This document shows positions 41,775 to 51,666 of a stretch of 64,000 nucleotides of DNA, piece by piece (the first letter of the stretch is position 1; each line of letters begins with the position of its first letter). This stretch comes from a virus: positions 109,495 to 173,494 of IMG/VR virus record IMGVR_UViG_3300035696_001556. One strand, 5' to 3'. A program made the translations under genes and the position numbers. The notes beneath the pieces were generated by a model. That model saw only the letters and a list, made by a program, of their open reading frames with translations, was not told the origin of the DNA and did no database searches.

Positions 41775-42290
41775 ATGACTGAGGACAAAAAAGTTCTGCC
41801 GTTGGATCAGGTACTGGATAATAATAATTTTATGCTACTTGTCCACGAGGTGATTAAGACAAGAGAAGCTTTGCCTGATGGTAGATCTTTTTCATATAAG
41901 GAAGTCAAGTTTCCTTTCAATGGTAAGGTCATCTATGTGATGGGAAGGCACGTCCCTTTAGAGAGCGTATACTCCCACGGTAAAAGTAATTGCAAGACAT
42001 GTTCCGGTAAGGGTTACTATTTTACTAATTTAAGTAAGAAACAGTTTCCTGATCCGAGCGCCTTTCTTGTTCAGGAAGATGCGCTTCCGAAAGATCTTAC
42101 TCCCATTGAACAGGAAAAATGGAAAAAGGAAGAAGAAGCAAAGCCAACTTGGAGAGTACTAACGATCTGTATGTGTGCGGTGAAAGATGCCCATAGAAAA
42201 AATGCCCACCTGCTGAGCAACGAAAACCACAACATCTGGATGACTTTGGATTATGAAATAAAAGATCTTGAACCAGAGCCTTCAAAATAG
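41775..42290 (+). CDS. hypothetical zinc-binding protein
   Basis: CKTCSGKG..CMC. Confidence 0.7.
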   Translation: MTEDKKVLPLDQVLDNNNFMLLVHEVIKTREALPDGRSFSYKEVKFPFNGKVIYVMGRHVPLESVYSHGKSNCKTCSGKGYYFTNLSKKQFPDPSAFLVQEDALPKDLTPIEQEKWKKEEEAKPTWRVLTICMCAVKDAHRKNAHLLSNENHNIWMTLDYEIKDLEPEPSK

Positions 42291-42316
42291 TATATTAAGT
42301 ACAGAGGAGATAGATT

Positions 42317-42796
42317 ATGGAAGAAAAGTTCACCTTCTTTTGGTCGGGCGTTTTCAGTCAATGGCACCCCAGTTTATTTCAAATAGATGGAGTATACTAC
42401 AATACAGCGGAACAGTTTATGATGGCAGAGAAAGCCCGTCTATTTGGAGATCTAGAAACCTTAGCTAAAATTATGTCTGCAGCAGATCCCCGAGAACAAA
42501 AAGCTTATGGCCGAGAAGTCAAAGGATTTATCAAAGAAAAGTGGGACGCTATAGCAAGAGATGTTGTTCTCAGAGGCAGCATAGCCAAGTACGAACAAAA
42601 TCCAAATCTGTTGAAAGAGTTAATGGCCACAGAAGGAACGACTCTTGTTGAGGCAAGTCCGGAAGATAGAATATGGGGGATAGGGCTTCGAAAGAATGAC
42701 TCAAGGGCTAAATCACGGGATACATGGCTCGGGACTAACTGGCTTGGACAGTGCCTAACAGAAGCCAGAGAGATACTAAAAAAGAAAGCAAACTAA
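42317..42796 (+). CDS. NADAR (YbiA/DUF1768) family N-glycosidase
   Basis: FSQWHPS..TAEQFMMAEKARLFGD..KAYGREV..KYEQN..LVEASPEDRIWGIG..GTNWLG. Confidence 0.93.
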   Translation: MEEKFTFFWSGVFSQWHPSLFQIDGVYYNTAEQFMMAEKARLFGDLETLAKIMSAADPREQKAYGREVKGFIKEKWDAIARDVVLRGSIAKYEQNPNLLKELMATEGTTLVEASPEDRIWGIGLRKNDSRAKSRDTWLGTNWLGQCLTEAREILKKKAN

Positions 42797-42806
42797 AGGA
42801 ACATTT

Positions 42807-44852
42807 ATGGCTATCTCCGCATCTTTAAGAGAGAAAATCGAAAAGCTTAAAGCTTGCGATGAAGGCTATTATAGTGGTAAGGGTGAGTCAGACCTGACAG
42901 ATGAACAGTACGATCTCCTTAAAGATTATGTCATCCGTGAACTCCCGCCCGATAGCCCCGAATTAAAAGAACTACTGGCAAAAGTCGGGCATAAAGTAAG
43001 CACTGGATGGAAAAAAGAGCGCCATGTAATAGCCATGGGCTCACAGAACAAGGTTAGCAATATCCCAGCCATAGAAGCATGGTATAAAGATGCCCTGGCT
43101 AAACTTAACTTGAAGAGTCCTCCTGCTTTCGTCCTGCAACATAAAGTCGACGGATTCTCGTTGGAAACTGCATACGAGCAGGGAAAACTCACCAAAGGCG
43201 TCACACGAGGAGACGGTGTAACGGGGCAGAACATTACGCCTAATGTCAAGAAATTCCGGTTCGTGCCTAATCTTTTGTCCGTTAAAAAGAATGTGATCGT
43301 AAGGGGAGAAGGCCATTTTTCAAAAGGAGGCTTCCAGAAAATACAACCTTTTGTGACGCAAGAAAGAGGAAAGCCGTATAAAAATGCCCGTAATGCTGCT
43401 TCTGGGGTTAGTACAAGATTTGACGGAAAATATTGTGAGTATATACAGGTACTTGCATATGATGTTAACGCAAATGTGAAAACCGAAACTGAAAAAATAG
43501 ATATTATAAAGAAACTTGGTTTTAAACCGGTCCAAACCTATCCTTGCAAAGATTTGAAAGAAATCCTTAAAATCTATCAAGATTACAAAGATGGTCTGCG
43601 TGAAAAACTTGACTATGAAATTGATGGATTAGTTTTGAAGTTGAATAGTATCGAACTTCAGGAAAGAATGGGAACGACCCATAGTAGACCTGACGGCCAG
43701 ATCGCCCTCAAGTTTAATTCGGATCAAGCTGTCACCACCCTCAAAGATATAGTGATCCGAGTTGGAAGAACTGGCAAATTGACTCCTGTAGGTATCCTCG
43801 AACCTGTCGATTTGATGGGGTCTACGATAACCAGAGCAAGCCTTCATAATTTTGCTTATATCGAAGCGAACTTCCTCAGCCCTGGCGCTGAAGTGGTAAT
43901 CGAAAAGAAAGGTGATATCATCCCTCAGGTCGTAGATATAATGACTCCAGGAAAAGGATACACCAAGCCTACCAAGTGCCCTTCCTGTGGTGGTCCTCTC
44001 ATCTGGGACGATGTTAATCTATGGTGTGAGAACGACAACTGCCGTGATCGGGAAGTAAGCCGTATCCTCTATTGGGTGCAGAGTATCGACATGAAAGGTT
44101 TTTCAAGAAGTTTTGTAGAAAAGTTGTGGGATAAAGGCAAGATCAAAAAAGTTTCGGATCTGTATACTTTGAGTCCGGACGACCTAGCCGTAATAGATGG
44201 ATTAGGCGCTAAAACAATTAAATCATTCTTCGAAGTCCTAGACAGTACGAAGGAGATGTACTTGGAGCAGTTTATTACCGCTTTGGGTATCCCAGGGGCA
44301 TCTAAGGGGACAGCAGAAGATCTAGTCAAAAATTTCAAGGATTGGGAGTCCATTCTTAAAGTTAAACCGGATGACATGCTCAAGATACCTGGATATGCCA
44401 AGATTTCTTCAGAAACGGTATGCTCAGGAATCGCCGAAATTAAAGATATGGCAGCAGAGCTTCTGAAGGTGATAAAGATCAAGGCCAAGAAGAAAGGATC
44501 GCTTACAGGGCTATCCTTATGCGTTACAGGGTCTATGGAGAGTATGTCCCGCAAGGAGTTCGAGAACTTGGTAGTGGCCGAAGGAGGATCGTTTAAATCG
44601 AGCATCTCAGTGGGGCTGAACTATCTGGTCACCAACACCCCTGACTCAGGGTCTGACAAGAATTCAAAGGTGTTATACCTGAACAAGAAAATGGATCAGG
44701 ATGGGACCCCAGGAAAGAAGATTAAGATTATTACAGAAAAAGAATTTTTGAAATTAGCCAACATAGAGCCTAAGAAGGCAGATTCAAATAAATCCTCAAA
44801 AGCAGACTCCCCCGATATCGAGTTGGAATTCGAGCCCCTTTTTAAGCAATAA
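42807..44852 (+). CDS. ligA: NAD-dependent DNA ligase
   Basis: KVDG adenylation motif, TRGDGVTG, VRGE, NARNAASG, IDGLVLK, GRTGKLTP, C4 zinc finger, HhH, BRCT. Confidence 0.95.
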   Translation: MAISASLREKIEKLKACDEGYYSGKGESDLTDEQYDLLKDYVIRELPPDSPELKELLAKVGHKVSTGWKKERHVIAMGSQNKVSNIPAIEAWYKDALAKLNLKSPPAFVLQHKVDGFSLETAYEQGKLTKGVTRGDGVTGQNITPNVKKFRFVPNLLSVKKNVIVRGEGHFSKGGFQKIQPFVTQERGKPYKNARNAASGVSTRFDGKYCEYIQVLAYDVNANVKTETEKIDIIKKLGFKPVQTYPCKDLKEILKIYQDYKDGLREKLDYEIDGLVLKLNSIELQERMGTTHSRPDGQIALKFNSDQAVTTLKDIVIRVGRTGKLTPVGILEPVDLMGSTITRASLHNFAYIEANFLSPGAEVVIEKKGDIIPQVVDIMTPGKGYTKPTKCPSCGGPLIWDDVNLWCENDNCRDREVSRILYWVQSIDMKGFSRSFVEKLWDKGKIKKVSDLYTLSPDDLAVIDGLGAKTIKSFFEVLDSTKEMYLEQFITALGIPGASKGTAEDLVKNFKDWESILKVKPDDMLKIPGYAKISSETVCSGIAEIKDMAAELLKVIKIKAKKKGSLTGLSLCVTGSMESMSRKEFENLVVAEGGSFKSSISVGLNYLVTNTPDSGSDKNSKVLYLNKKMDQDGTPGKKIKIITEKEFLKLANIEPKKADSNKSSKADSPDIELEFEPLFKQ

Positions 44853-44879
44853 AAATCTGTTCGTTCTCCCCCTAATTAT

Positions 44880-44887
44880 CTATTAAT
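44880..44887 (+). promoter_or_regulatory. putative late-promoter motif CTATTAAT
   Basis: Precedes the displaced fibre-like gene at 44937. Confidence 0.5.
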
Positions 44888-44936
44888 AAAAAATGTTAAG
44901 AGATAGAATACCATTTAATTGTTAGGAGAATAACAG

Positions 44937-46583
44937 ATGGCTACCAATCCTCTTCATTCTACTGTTGGCCCGGAAGACTATATCTCGCCATATTCAGATA
45001 TTAATTACTCCAAGGGACCAAAAATACTTTACGGTAACCCAGATGTAATGACAGTTGTGTTGAATGACTCACAGGGAGATAGTGACGATGAGTGGGGCAA
45101 TACGGAAGAAATCGCTTTAAGGATGATTATAGATGAAGCCATTTCTTCGCATCAGACAGTTTTTGGATGGTCAGGCATAGTTGGTTTGCAAGGTCAGATG
45201 GCCTATCTTTTAACATTTTTTGTTAACTACGATCCCGCTTTTAATCTGGCTAATACTTCACAGGTGATTTTCACTATAGGTACCACACAGTTGTCAAACG
45301 GACAGCTCTCATTAGGCACATCAGCGCTTCTTAATTCCGCTGGACTCTCCTTGAGCAACGGGTCACTTACAATTCAAAGTCCTTCTGCAGGGATTGCAAA
45401 TATTACCACTAAAACAGGCACATCTATAAGTGAACTAAGTTTAGTTGCAGATCCAACCAATCCTTATTTAATTATTTCTCTAAATGCAACAGAATATTAT
45501 TTTAGTCCAACTGGTTTTTCACTACCAGGATTGGCTTTTTCTGCCGGTAGTGGATCATTCAATACCCTTGCCGGTGGAGCCATGAGCGGGATCTCTTTAG
45601 CTCTTACGGGAAATTTAACTTTCCCCACAAGTACTTCAGCACCATATGTGGCTACTGCTCTAAGTAACTATATTTTTGGTAATGCAGGAGGCGCATCGGA
45701 TAGCGGAGATCAGTTAGTACTAACCTCTAATGATATACGATTTTTTATAAAAACTCCTAATCCAATCACCACTTATGCTAACAATTTGGTATTGTCTTAT
45801 ACTCATGGACCTCTGTCCCCCTATCCAATTAGTGCTAATTTTTCTTCGTTTGTGAGTATATCTAACGATTTAAGTCTTACCGCTATCAATGGTACTGCTG
45901 TTATTAATTTTCTGTCTTCTAATACAAGTACTTTAACGGTGTCTTATGTCGGCGGAAATACTGTTTGGAACATCACAGGAGCCCAAGTATTTTATTTCCT
46001 TGGAGATTCGGGTAATCCTGCTGATGGAGTTTCTTTATTTTCATATGCTAAAGGTCAAGGTCCGGGAGCAGGTATAGGTTTTGTTGGTTATGATTCAAGC
46101 GGAACCACGCTGTTAGATATGTCCATGTTTTTAGGATCTGGATCAATACCAACTACACAATACGGTTTAGTTCTAGAAAACACTACGTCAAGTAATTTCA
46201 TTCTTAGTAAAATGTCTATGTATGTCACGGATCAATCGAGGAGTGCGACAGGATTTGTAAGCTTGGATGCAGTTAACGGTATTAGCACAGGTCAAACTCC
46301 TATTTTATGGAAAACTTATGATATTACTGGTATATCATGGCCTGGCCCTGCTACAGGTTTTGTAGTGGATTTACCTAATGAAACTGTAGCTGTAAATAAA
46401 GTCTGTGGATTAAGTGTTACCGTTTTAAACAGTGGTGGTGGAGTTTATTCACCGGGGTCCAATACATATTCTGTATACTATTTCTATAATGTTGCTCATA
46501 GCTGTTTTTCTTTATCTTTTGATATCACAGGTCCTTCCATTGACACAGTTACTGTTAACGCAGTGATTTTTTATACTGTTTAA
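44937..46583 (+). CDS. tail-fibre / receptor-binding-like virion protein
   Basis: S/T/G/N-rich beta composition like the structural module; late motif upstream; followed by a fibre-associated small protein. Confidence 0.5.
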   Translation: MATNPLHSTVGPEDYISPYSDINYSKGPKILYGNPDVMTVVLNDSQGDSDDEWGNTEEIALRMIIDEAISSHQTVFGWSGIVGLQGQMAYLLTFFVNYDPAFNLANTSQVIFTIGTTQLSNGQLSLGTSALLNSAGLSLSNGSLTIQSPSAGIANITTKTGTSISELSLVADPTNPYLIISLNATEYYFSPTGFSLPGLAFSAGSGSFNTLAGGAMSGISLALTGNLTFPTSTSAPYVATALSNYIFGNAGGASDSGDQLVLTSNDIRFFIKTPNPITTYANNLVLSYTHGPLSPYPISANFSSFVSISNDLSLTAINGTAVINFLSSNTSTLTVSYVGGNTVWNITGAQVFYFLGDSGNPADGVSLFSYAKGQGPGAGIGFVGYDSSGTTLLDMSMFLGSGSIPTTQYGLVLENTTSSNFILSKMSMYVTDQSRSATGFVSLDAVNGISTGQTPILWKTYDITGISWPGPATGFVVDLPNETVAVNKVCGLSVTVLNSGGGVYSPGSNTYSVYYFYNVAHSCFSLSFDITGPSIDTVTVNAVIFYTV

Positions 46584-46649
46584 TTTGAAAGCATTTAAAC
46601 TTTAAATTTTCAACTACATGATATTATATTTATATAACGAGGAGATAAT

Positions 46650-47075
46650 ATGAAATTGTCAAATCTTCAGATCATGAACCCGCAGTTTGTCCCTGCTCTT
46701 GAAAAGCTTCTCAAGAAAGAGATGCCTATTTCTACATGTGAGGCTCTTGCTGTGGCTATAACGGAGATAGAAAAGCAGGGTGCCCTACTTCAGAAAGTCC
46801 GCAACGCTTTAATTGATAAATACCTTGAGAAAGACGATAAGGGTAAACCGATAGTCATAAATGGCAACCAACCCAAATACAAGAACCCGGAAGCTCAACA
46901 GCAGTTTATGAAAGAATTAGGTGTACTCCTTCAGGAAAGTTTTGAAGTTTCTTTTGATAAAAAAATAGACATATCTGAAGATGAAATTATGAGTGCCCAG
47001 GAGTACATGCTGGTAAGAGATTTGGTAAATATCACGAAAAAAACAACAGGTGCCCTTGACATTTCTAGTAAATAG
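46650..47075 (+). CDS. DUF1617-like phage protein (commonly downstream of fibre genes)
   Basis: MKLSNLQI..LEKLLKKEMP..RNALIDKYLEKDDKGKP..FMKELGVLL pattern. Confidence 0.55.
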   Translation: MKLSNLQIMNPQFVPALEKLLKKEMPISTCEALAVAITEIEKQGALLQKVRNALIDKYLEKDDKGKPIVINGNQPKYKNPEAQQQFMKELGVLLQESFEVSFDKKIDISEDEIMSAQEYMLVRDLVNITKKTTGALDISSK

Positions 47076-47084
47076 TCATATATT
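47056..47084 (+). promoter_or_regulatory. sigma70-type promoter TTGACA-17-TATATT
   Basis: Consensus -35; same architecture as the promoter at 51976. Confidence 0.8.
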
Positions 47085-47085
47085 T

Positions 47086-47335
47086 GGTAAGGCTTGTGTA
47101 GCAGGAAAAACAAAAGCAGACTAAACCGGTGGCGGAACCGGGCAGGCAAGCTACCTCTGTTGAAAGCAACAAGGCATAAGTGCTGAAAAACAAAACGCCA
47201 TGGAAGTTTAATAAGGCTCTTCCTAAACTGCTACACTAGATAACATTCAGAACCGAACATGCAGGTTAGCGCATGTGCAGAAAGATCCTACTGCGAAAAG
47301 ATGGGTCACAACCGGCTGACCGTAAAACGTTGCCA
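47086..47335 (+). ncRNA. candidate structured leader / ncRNA
   Basis: GTGTAGCAG (47096-47104) pairs with CTGCTACAC (47228-47236), enclosing several hairpins; more hairpins downstream; lies between the promoter and the RBS of ATG 47355. Confidence 0.5.
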
Positions 47336-47354
47336 AAAAAGAAGGAGTCCAACC

Positions 47355-48395
47355 ATGGACACTGCTACAGATTCTTCCACGTCTCTTTCTACTGTCGAAG
47401 GCCGCATCAGAAAAGCGGCAGAAGTTCTCAAAGCAGATTATAGTGATTTTCAAGAGCTTCTCAAAGAGCAAATTGGTGTTGAACCGAATGACGAGGGGCT
47501 ACGACTACTCAATGCTCAAACCACCACAGAACAAGTAATAATAGAAACCCTCAAAGGCTGTTATCTTCCTGTAAAAAATTCTGAAAAGCTAATGCTGGAA
47601 TCTTCAAAAACTTCTTTAAGCCTTCCTGCTGTTGCGGCTATCCTAAAGGGTAGAAATCCTTTTGCTACAGTGCAGGATGCACTTGATAAGTCTTACAAAA
47701 CAGATACCACCGCAAAAGTCGAGAAAGATTCCTCTATCGAAGGAAATGTAATCGCCCACCAGTTTGTTGAACTCGCCAGAGGTCTCCGTGATCCCAAGGG
47801 CATGAAAGATAGAGAATTGCTGGAGCTCTATGACAAAGAGCGCGATTATGAAATTGAACAGGAGTTGCATCGTAGGGCAAATTTCCAGCATTTCGTTGTT
47901 CTCAAGCCTGGTCAAGAGGGTAAAACCCAGAAGGCTATCGATATCGAAATGAGCTTGGACCTGCTTAAAAGATCACGCCGGATAGTCAATCCCACTTTAG
48001 TCCGCCAAGGGGATATATTCGTAAATGTCTATCGGGTTACAGAGCTCAATCCAGAAGATCAGATTTTTGAGATCTGTCCGTTCTGCGGCGAGATCATGTA
48101 TGACAATTATTGTGAACGTTGTGGTGCAGATTTCGGTGGTACTGGGGATGATGAAAAAGCTTTCATCAAGCTCATAAGTGAGAAGGAAAGCTTTGACAAA
48201 AACTCTATGTCAGACCGCAAGGCAGTACTTGCAAGTGCAAGTAAAGGTCTTATGGATCTTCGTATAACATGGCCAAAAGTTAATAAAAAGTACGAAGAGC
48301 TTAAGATGCTTGGAGAGCTTCCAAAGCTTAGGAAGAGCCGTTCTCTTCCGTATTCTAAGCCAGCTGATCCATTTCACACCAAAGATAAGATTTAA
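47355..48395 (+). CDS. hypothetical protein with C4 zinc ribbon
   Basis: RBS AAGGAG before ATG 47355; CPFCGE..CERCG. Confidence 0.75.
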   Translation: MDTATDSSTSLSTVEGRIRKAAEVLKADYSDFQELLKEQIGVEPNDEGLRLLNAQTTTEQVIIETLKGCYLPVKNSEKLMLESSKTSLSLPAVAAILKGRNPFATVQDALDKSYKTDTTAKVEKDSSIEGNVIAHQFVELARGLRDPKGMKDRELLELYDKERDYEIEQELHRRANFQHFVVLKPGQEGKTQKAIDIEMSLDLLKRSRRIVNPTLVRQGDIFVNVYRVTELNPEDQIFEICPFCGEIMYDNYCERCGADFGGTGDDEKAFIKLISEKESFDKNSMSDRKAVLASASKGLMDLRITWPKVNKKYEELKMLGELPKLRKSRSLPYSKPADPFHTKDKI

Positions 48396-48414
48396 ATAAT
48401 ATGTTTCGAGAATA

Positions 48415-48442
48415 GGGGGCTCTTAGATCTCCAGGAGCCCCC
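48415..48442 (+). terminator. GC-rich intergenic hairpin (no U tract)
   Basis: GGGGGCTC..GAGCCCCC. Confidence 0.4.
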
Positions 48443-48465
48443 ACTCTACCTGAAAGGATCTTCTT

Positions 48466-48726
48466 ATGCCTAATGAAAATCTTGACTTTAAATTTTTTAG
48501 ATGCCAAGAATATTATTTTATAACTCCTGCTAGAAATCTGTGCAAGATATATGAAATCATAGAACTTAATGCTACAGGGACTGAACTATGTAGTTATTTT
48601 AGTCAACATGTACCTTATGAATACGCTGTAACTGATGAAGCAAATAAAAAAGACAAAGAAAAATTTTATCTAGGCGCTACTTTTGTGGAAGCTGCAGCGA
48701 AATTCATGAGTCTCACGAAGAAATAA
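48466..48726 (+). CDS. hypothetical protein
   Basis: RBS AAAGGA; 86 aa. Confidence 0.65.
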   Translation: MPNENLDFKFFRCQEYYFITPARNLCKIYEIIELNATGTELCSYFSQHVPYEYAVTDEANKKDKEKFYLGATFVEAAAKFMSLTKK

Positions 48727-48748
48727 CATTATATCAAAGGCGGACAAG

Positions 48749-50059
48749 ATGTATAGAGATGTTTTAGGTTTTTCAATATCGCCCTTTATGCAAAGGGTCA
48801 TGAATATACATGGATTTTTTGGTTCAATCATGCGTACAGGAAAGAAATCGGAAGACAGCAGTAACAAACTTCCTCCCGGAGTACCGATCCCGGTTTTACC
48901 AGTAGACTATTTGAAAGTTCGTCCAGATAGTTGGATAGGGGGCGAAGGAGCATATGTAGTTCCCGTTGACTCAGATTGGGGACTCTGGTTCAACTTCACC
49001 ATGAATAATCCTTTTAACACAGCAGTCCTTCCTTCTATAAAAGGCATGAATCCTCTTACGGGGCAGCGTGTGAGTGGGTATGATCTTGAAGAGTATCAAG
49101 ACAAATGTCCTGTACATAACAAACCCTTCAGCAAAGGTAATCTTTGTACGGAGTGTGGTTTCAAATGGCCCTATCAGAACTATCTTGCGCATCCTGGAAA
49201 ACTTTGGGTCGACGGATTTAGGACTCCGGATGGTAACGTACGCCAGTTTTATTTTACAGAAGAGATGGCGAAATCTATCCCAGAGCTGGTAATTGGTAAA
49301 GAAGATACAGTCCCAGCATTTGGATTTTGCTTCTACAAACTCAAGGAGTATGACGGGCATTTTGAAGAAGGAAAGTACGTCAAAAACGAATTTCCAATAA
49401 ATCCTCGCTCACAATATAGCTCTTATTGTGGAGGTAGTATAGGAATAGGTACTTCTTGTGCTTCTAGTATGTTTTATTCCCCAAGTCTGAGCACTGATTT
49501 TCTTGCTAAGCCAGCAGATATGGCCAGTAGAAGTGCCCGTTACCGTAAAGGACTAGCAGGACCAAGGAAATTCTCTACTGGAGGATCAATGCTACACATT
49601 TCTGGTGTATCTTTGGACTCAGTATCTTTTAAAACTGATTTGGCGGATGCAGACAGTTCTACAAAGGCATCTTATCTGTCAGCTAGTAATACAGCCTCAA
49701 TAGAGAGTGCTTCTAATGGAACTACTCTTAATTTTAGTTCGAGTGCAGATGGTGGAGCTTCGTATGAAAATACTTTGATAGGAGATGATGAGAAAGGCAC
49801 AGATATTTTACGTGAATATGAAAGTCCTTTACGTAAATCCGCAGAGGTGGGCATCGGAGCAGGAGCAAAAATAAAACAAGCTTTTGCAAAAAGCAGTAAG
49901 TCTTTAGAAGACTGGGAGAAGAAACCGGCAGGAGTTATCAGACTGTACTTTGTCTTCCAGGAAGAATTTGAAAGATATGCTGCAGCAGGTTTTAACAATC
50001 TCGAAGGAAATGAAACAGGATACCTTGAAGGTCTCCCAGTAGGAGGATCCCATGAATAA
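48749..50059 (+). CDS. hypothetical protein with zinc ribbon and Ser/Gly-rich linker, coupled to the vWA gene
   Basis: CPVH..CTEC, WVDGF..VRQF, C-terminal GIGAGAKIKQ; overlaps the start of the vWA ORF. Confidence 0.75.
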   Translation: MYRDVLGFSISPFMQRVMNIHGFFGSIMRTGKKSEDSSNKLPPGVPIPVLPVDYLKVRPDSWIGGEGAYVVPVDSDWGLWFNFTMNNPFNTAVLPSIKGMNPLTGQRVSGYDLEEYQDKCPVHNKPFSKGNLCTECGFKWPYQNYLAHPGKLWVDGFRTPDGNVRQFYFTEEMAKSIPELVIGKEDTVPAFGFCFYKLKEYDGHFEEGKYVKNEFPINPRSQYSSYCGGSIGIGTSCASSMFYSPSLSTDFLAKPADMASRSARYRKGLAGPRKFSTGGSMLHISGVSLDSVSFKTDLADADSSTKASYLSASNTASIESASNGTTLNFSSSADGGASYENTLIGDDEKGTDILREYESPLRKSAEVGIGAGAKIKQAFAKSSKSLEDWEKKPAGVIRLYFVFQEEFERYAAAGFNNLEGNETGYLEGLPVGGSHE

Positions 50060-50762
50060 GGTAGATTTATTATTTATATGTGATATAACGGGATCTATGG
50101 GTAGCCTCATAGATGATGCCAAAAAAAGAATGAAAGATATCTTGAGCAAGCTCTCTTCAGAATTCAATGTGGATACCCAAGTAGGTTTGTCTCTCTATCG
50201 TGATCACGTATCTCAGGGGGACCCTTTTACCGTGGTTACTTTTGATCTCATGCCTATAGATAAGATCCAAGAAAAAATAGATCAGATATTCGTTGATGGG
50301 GGTGGCGACTGGCAAGAAGCAGTCCTCGATGGAATTATTGAAGGAGTTTCCAATATGTCTTGGAGAAAAGAATCCAAGCGGATTGCTTTTCTCATAGGTG
50401 ACGCTCCCCCACATGGTATGGATGAAGATACTTTTTGCTGTACTTGTGGAAAAACTTGGGGGGACGCTATCCAGGTAGCTGAAGAGAAATGTGTGCCTAT
50501 TTATTCAATACCTTTGGATGATAAAGAAGAAGTGAGGAGTTCTTTTAGGACTCTTTCTACTTTTACCGGAGGGTTGTTAATTGAAGCTGATAATGCCTTG
50601 GATGCTGTTCTGGAAACACTCAGGGATCAGTTCGGAGAGTTAAATTTAGGCTCCAGAGTATTAGATCTACTTTCAAAAGATATATCGGCAGAAGAGATTT
50701 GTAAGATGCTTAACATTACTCGGGAAAAGTTATCTGAACTTGAAACAAAAACAACAGCATAA
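50052..50762 (+). CDS. vWA domain protein with C-terminal HTH-like tail
   Basis: MIDAS DITGSM, YRDH, GGGDWQEA, IGDAPPH. Confidence 0.88.
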   Translation: MNKVDLLFICDITGSMGSLIDDAKKRMKDILSKLSSEFNVDTQVGLSLYRDHVSQGDPFTVVTFDLMPIDKIQEKIDQIFVDGGGDWQEAVLDGIIEGVSNMSWRKESKRIAFLIGDAPPHGMDEDTFCCTCGKTWGDAIQVAEEKCVPIYSIPLDDKEEVRSSFRTLSTFTGGLLIEADNALDAVLETLRDQFGELNLGSRVLDLLSKDISAEEICKMLNITREKLSELETKTTA

Positions 50763-50777
50763 AAAGGAGATAATATC

Positions 50778-51419
50778 ATGCCTAGAAAAAACCATACCGA
50801 AATAGTCTGTATCATTGACCGTTCTGGTTCCATGGAAAGCATACGGAGCGATGCTATAGGTGGATTCAATGCGTTCATAGAGGAACAGAAGAAAATTCCA
50901 GGCACTGCCTCTGTGTCTCTCGTACTTTTTGACAATGAATACGAGACGCCGTACATAAATAAAGACATTAAGCAGATCGAAGGTTTAACGGATAAAACTT
51001 TCGTGCCTCGTGGAGGTACTGCTCTTTTTGATGCTGTAGGAAAAACTATTAACAGTACGTCAGCAAAAATAGCCTCCATGAAAAAAGAGGATCGCCCAGA
51101 GAAGGTAGTCGTTTGTATTCTTACAGACGGCGAGGAGAATAGCTCAAAAGAGTTTACCGGGGATCAGATAAAAGTCATGATTGATAATCAAAAAGGCCAA
51201 TCTCAATGGAGCTTTATCTTTCTAGCAGCTAATCAGGATGCTTTTGCAACTGCCTCTACGTTCTTTTCCTCTGCGTTTTTTAGTCCGCAACTAAGTGCAG
51301 ATAGCTTGGCTGTATGTAGTTTTGCTGCAACCGAAGATGGTACAGCCAGAGCCTTTGCTGACATGGGTAAAGCAACAACCCGTTTCAGAAGTAATGTTAA
51401 AAATAAAGATGCTAAATAG
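50778..51419 (+). CDS. vWA domain protein
   Basis: MIDAS DRSGSM, PRGGTALFDA, ILTDGEENSS, WSFIFLAAN. Confidence 0.9.
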   Translation: MPRKNHTEIVCIIDRSGSMESIRSDAIGGFNAFIEEQKKIPGTASVSLVLFDNEYETPYINKDIKQIEGLTDKTFVPRGGTALFDAVGKTINSTSAKIASMKKEDRPEKVVVCILTDGEENSSKEFTGDQIKVMIDNQKGQSQWSFIFLAANQDAFATASTFFSSAFFSPQLSADSLAVCSFAATEDGTARAFADMGKATTRFRSNVKNKDAK

Positions 51420-51430
51420 AAGGGAAGTTT

Positions 51431-51655
51431 ATGGGAAGAATGACGGTGAAAAAAGCAAAAAGACTCCTTGCTGAAGCAGGATTGCCTACCGACATAAACG
51501 TCGTGATAACCAATAGCAACGGCATCTCACAGGGTTACTATCCGAATGGGATTTATCCAGGAGCTTGGCATACTTTCGACCATGCCGGATTCTGGAGAAT
51601 GGTTTTGGCTGATCCTCAGCATTGTTTACCGCCTAAGGCATCTAAAAAAACTTAA
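51431..51655 (+). CDS. small hypothetical protein
   Basis: RBS AGGGA; 74 aa. Confidence 0.6.
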   Translation: MGRMTVKKAKRLLAEAGLPTDINVVITNSNGISQGYYPNGIYPGAWHTFDHAGFWRMVLADPQHCLPPKASKKT

Positions 51656-51666
51656 AGGAGAAAAAT

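Noticed and set aside
47259-47354. N-terminal extension of the 378-aa ORF
   Set aside because: ATG 47355 has a clear AAGGAG RBS, and the upstream part overlaps predicted RNA hairpins
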